A stretch of 26,972 nt of DNA from an uncultured Chthonomonas sp. (lineage in GTDB: Bacteria; Armatimonadota; Chthonomonadetes; Chthonomonadales; CAJBBX01), in the NCBI GenBank assembly GCA_903886985.1, contig CAISOI010000670.1, positions 1 through 26,972 of the forward strand, read 5' to 3'. Position 1 is the first letter of the stretch, and each line of letters starts with the position of its first letter. The notes beneath the pieces are model-generated. The model searched no databases. It saw nothing but the letters and a program-made list of their open reading frames with translations, and was not told the DNA's origin. Positions 24,464 to 26,972 of this stretch are shown here, piece after piece. A program made the translations under genes and the position numbers.

Positions 24464-25990
24464 CTATTTGGCTGCCTTTTGCTTTGAAATCATTCGGGAA
24501 GTGATCCAATCACCCATGATCGTCAAGGCAGCCGGACTGATTGTCTCTTCGATAGTGGCATATTCACTCGGCGCACCTGTTTTGCAGGTTTGGAAAAGGT
24601 GGTTAAGTCCAGAGAGGATCTTGGTTGTGTAATCCTTGTTTCCCGCCTCTTTCAGATACTTATTTATGGCATCAATATCTTGTTGTGGTGGAACCTGAAG
24701 ATCCTTTGAGCCGTTCAATGCCAAAACCGGACACTTTACCTTTTTCAATGCTGTTGACGGGTCAAGTGTAAAGAAATATCGAAACCACTTACTTCCAACC
24801 GATGCCATCTGCAATTTCACAAAGCTATCACGAGTACCGACCGCCTTCTTCTCAGTATCCGACAAGGCATCATAGATATTTGCCAACTTCTCGGTAATCT
24901 TTTCCGCGAATTTAGCATCATCCTTCTCTTCACGGATGATTTTATAAAGCGGTTCGCTCTTCTTTGCCTGCATCTCAATTGTGGATTCAGGAATGCCGGA
25001 AGCCTTCAAAATGAGTTTTGACTGAAGCTGAATAATCTGCTCACCGACGAGCCCAGGTCCCGCCATCATCACCACGAATGCAACATCCTTGCTCCGCGAT
25101 GCAGCCATAGGTCCAATCAACCCACCTTCGCTATGTCCGATGAGTCCAATTTTGTGCGGATCAATCTCTTTTTGCGTCTTGAGGAAGTTGACTCCGGTCA
25201 GAACATCGCCAACAAAATCCTCAGTCGTCGAATTTGGAGTATTTCCTGTGGAACCACCAACTCCTCGATCGTCAACGCGAAGGACAGCAACTCCTCGCCG
25301 TGTCAAATAGTCGGAGATAACAAGAAAGGGCTTATGCCCCAGAAGCTCTTCATTTCGGTCTTGTGCTCCAGAACCTGTGATCATCAACGCTACCGGAAAG
25401 GGACCTTTGCCCTTTGGGATAGTCAATGTACCAGCAAGCCTGATTCCCCCAGCGGCATTAAGATACGAGACTTCGCGTTGAGTATAAGGAAAAGGCGGTT
25501 TCGGCTCTTGGGGACGCTTTGGTTTTACAATTTCCGCGGCTTTCTGCACCCTCGCCATCTCGAGTGGAAGATCGGCTCCGTTTTGGGTGAATATACCTTC
25601 AATGGACTTTCCTGATTTTGCCAGTCTGCCCACATATCCCGCCTTCAATGCAGCCATGTCAATCTTAAGGGTTCGGTCTTCAAATGTTGTTGAGGTCGTG
25701 GGAATTCCCTTAGCACCCTGATCGGGGCTGTCCATCGTGGTAACGTATGTCCCATCCGCTTTCCTAGATATGTGAAAAACGACTCGCAACTTCGTCCCTT
25801 GTACTGCTATGGTGCCTTCAAAAATCCCCGTGACGTCCGAATCTTGAATTCCTGAAAGTGTGGCTGTGGAAGCATTTTCAAGTGTAAGTATCGGTATTGC
25901 CAACATCGGCGTTTGAACTACGATTTCTGTGAAAAGTGCGGCTACAATAACTGCTCCACCTTTAGCGATCTGCTTATTACGGCTTAACAT
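24464..25990 (-). CDS. Secreted alpha/beta-fold serine hydrolase (esterase/peptidase-like) with N-terminal beta domain
   Basis: AGGAG SD, signal-like N-terminus, LAGTLTIP, ITGSGAQDRNE, RVDDRGVGGS, nucleophile elbow GHSEGG, LNGSKDLQV (Asp), LNHLFQ (His). Confidence 0.92.
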   Translation of the reverse strand: MLSRNKQIAKGGAVIVAALFTEIVVQTPMLAIPILTLENASTATLSGIQDSDVTGIFEGTIAVQGTKLRVVFHISRKADGTYVTTMDSPDQGAKGIPTTSTTFEDRTLKIDMAALKAGYVGRLAKSGKSIEGIFTQNGADLPLEMARVQKAAEIVKPKRPQEPKPPFPYTQREVSYLNAAGGIRLAGTLTIPKGKGPFPVALMITGSGAQDRNEELLGHKPFLVISDYLTRRGVAVLRVDDRGVGGSTGNTPNSTTEDFVGDVLTGVNFLKTQKEIDPHKIGLIGHSEGGLIGPMAASRSKDVAFVVMMAGPGLVGEQIIQLQSKLILKASGIPESTIEMQAKKSEPLYKIIREEKDDAKFAEKITEKLANIYDALSDTEKKAVGTRDSFVKLQMASVGSKWFRYFFTLDPSTALKKVKCPVLALNGSKDLQVPPQQDIDAINKYLKEAGNKDYTTKILSGLNHLFQTCKTGAPSEYATIEETISPAALTIMGDWITSRMISKQKAAK

Positions 25991-26166
25991 TCTTATCTCC
26001 TGAATCTAAAATCTCAATCTTCTAAGTGCGTTTACGATGACGGATGGAACTCTAATCAGGTTTCGTGAAGTGGATACCTTAACAACATGCCTACAAATAG
26101 TTTCGACCGATCTTTTATATTTGCAAGGAATCTCATACTTGCATCATGGGTTGTTGTTCGCGACTC

Positions 26167-26201
26167 AAAAAAATGGTCCGACTCCCGAAGGGGATCGAAC
26201 C
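26167..26201 (-). terminator. Rho-independent terminator downstream of the cold-shock gene
   Basis: Minus strand GGTTCGATCCCC-TTC(G)-GGAGTCGGACC stem of about 11 bp, followed by ATTTTTTT. Confidence 0.75.
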
Positions 26202-26331
26202 TTTGATATTATTCGCCTCTTAGACAACTAAAGGATGCGTGAGAAAAGGGGGGAATCAGAAACTATATAAATGATTATTGCAATAAGAACTGAGGCACTC
26301 TCTCTTAGATTACTAAAACGAAAGAGTCGAA

Positions 26332-26535
26332 CTATGCTCCAAGTTGAACATTAGATGCTTGCGGACCTTTTGCGCCATCTACAACCTCGAACGTAACTGG
26401 CTGACCTTCGCTGAGAGATTTGAAGCCATCAGATTGGATCGCACTAAAGTGGACGAAGATGTCTTTACCATCTGAAGTCTCGATAAAGCCGTAACCCTTC
26501 GCGTCGTTAAACCACTTAACTTTTCCCGATGCCAT
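26332..26535 (-). CDS. cspA: Cold-shock protein (CSD domain), 67 aa
   Basis: [15 protein letters not shown] (RNP1), DIFVHFSAI (RNP2), [19 protein letters not shown] places the start at ATG 26535. Symbol given at family level. Confidence 0.96.
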   Translation of the reverse strand: MASGKVKWFNDAKGYGFIETSDGKDIFVHFSAIQSDGFKSLSEGQPVTFEVVDGAKGPQASNVQLGA

Positions 26536-26570
26536 TGCGGTATATCCTCCTTGCTTATTACCACTTGCAT

Positions 26571-26593
26571 CTCCAAACAATCGTTGTTTGGAG
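26571..26593 (-). other. Perfect 10-bp hairpin in the csp 5' UTR
   Basis: CTCCAAACAA-TCG-TTGTTTGGAG. Confidence 0.7.
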
Positions 26594-26624
26594 TTTCTGG
26601 AAGCTGAGTTAACTCAACCGCGCC

Positions 26625-26653
26625 ATTTTAACACGGCGACCTTAGATTGTCAA
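26625..26653 (-). promoter_or_regulatory. Near-consensus sigma70 promoter of the csp gene
   Basis: TTGACA(26653-26648)-N17-TAAAAT(26630-26625) with an extended -10 TG. Predicts a TSS near 26618 and a 5' UTR of about 83 nt. Confidence 0.8.
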
Positions 26654-26667
26654 TATAGCAATCTAAG
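26641..26667. promoter_or_regulatory. Perfect 9-9-9 inverted repeat overlapping the csp -35 element (candidate operator)
   Basis: CTTAGATTG-TCAATATAG-CAATCTAAG. Confidence 0.5.
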
Positions 26668-26972
26668 CGTGGCTAATATATGTGGATTCAACCGGCCAAC
26701 GAACTCCGGAACCGGGCTTATTCGCATCGGATGGCTTTAAAGGTTTGTCCGAAGGTTTTGGGTCCGAACCACTTTCGGGGGTTGGATTAGTAGTTTGGGT
26801 ATCGTCTTTAAGTTTGTCGGTGGCAGGAGTGGAGTTCGTATTTGTTTTAGGATGTTTTGGAGACTTCTGTCTCTTCTTTCCAGATACATTTTGTTCCCGC
26901 ATATGGTTAGGATCGGGAGTATTGATATTAAGAGCAACCCGCCTGTCTGCAAAGAACAATCGCTTGATCGTC
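26663..26972 (-). CDS. 3' end (5'-partial) of an unidentified protein with a low-complexity K/P/T/S/D-rich tail
   Basis: Frame stays open from the window edge (TIKRLFFADRRVALNINTPD...) to TAG at 26663-26665. No recognisable domain in the visible part. Confidence 0.55.
   Translation of the reverse strand, partial: TIKRLFFADRRVALNINTPDPNHMREQNVSGKKRQKSPKHPKTNTNSTPATDKLKDDTQTTNPTPESGSDPKPSDKPLKPSDANKPGSGVRWPVESTYISHA

Noticed and set aside
26122-26143. TGCAAG-N10-CTTGCA inverted repeat upstream of the hydrolase
   Set aside because: Only 6-bp arms and no associated promoter that I could place.
26170-26230. tRNA/tmRNA-like 3' end on the minus strand (GGTTCGATCCCC...ACCA)
   Set aside because: There are ten rather than seven nt between the T-arm and the discriminator, and no acceptor, D or anticodon stems upstream. 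The sequence folds better as a terminator hairpin followed by T7.
26037-26231. 64-aa plus-strand ORF in the hydrolase-csp gap
   Set aside because: No SD or recognisable motif, and it overlaps the minus-strand terminator and the hydrolase promoter region.
2632-26580. Longest-ORF starts in the track (3792, 5817, 12421, 15728, 26580)
   Set aside because: They overlap upstream genes or ignore clear SD sites and family N-termini. Replaced by 3717, 5757, 12322, 15611 and 26535.
1-26972. CRISPR arrays, IS elements, integrases, rRNA/tRNA genes
   Set aside because: No regularly spaced repeats, transposase/integrase motifs or structural RNA signatures seen; the window is almost fully occupied by housekeeping CDSs.

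Overview
About 22 kb of this window (2632-24380, minus strand) is one tightly packed outer-membrane biogenesis cluster. In transcription order it reads: tamB-like (AsmA/DUF490), ECF sigma factor, bamA (3 POTRA), skp, an uncharacterised Skp-like lipoprotein, lpxD, lpxC, fabZ, lpxA, lpxB, msbA, DUF374/LpxJ-like acyltransferase, waaA(kdtA), lpxK, lpxL and a GT9 heptosyltransferase. A membrane GGDEF diguanylate cyclase and aat follow it. Upstream lie a secreted alpha/beta hydrolase, a cspA-family gene with a near-consensus sigma70 promoter, and the 3' end of an unidentified CDS. The left end holds the C-terminus of a TPR/ATPase-type regulator and a small secreted Ig-like protein. The gene order resembles the OM cluster of non-proteobacterial diderms such as Negativicutes/Halanaerobiales. 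An Armatimonadota origin is my inference only. I found no tRNA, rRNA, CRISPR array or mobile element. The most interesting signals are: (i) a long hairpin that buries the SD and start codon of tamB; (ii) an ECF sigma factor with no adjacent anti-sigma gene inside the cluster, plus candidate ECF promoters; (iii) an elongated, probably lipid-anchored Skp paralogue with a perfect 15-bp hairpin in its signal-peptide codons; (iv) no LpxH/LpxI/LpxG gene, next to an LpxB carrying a roughly 60-aa insertion. All calls come from motif recognition by eye; no searches or folding programs were run.
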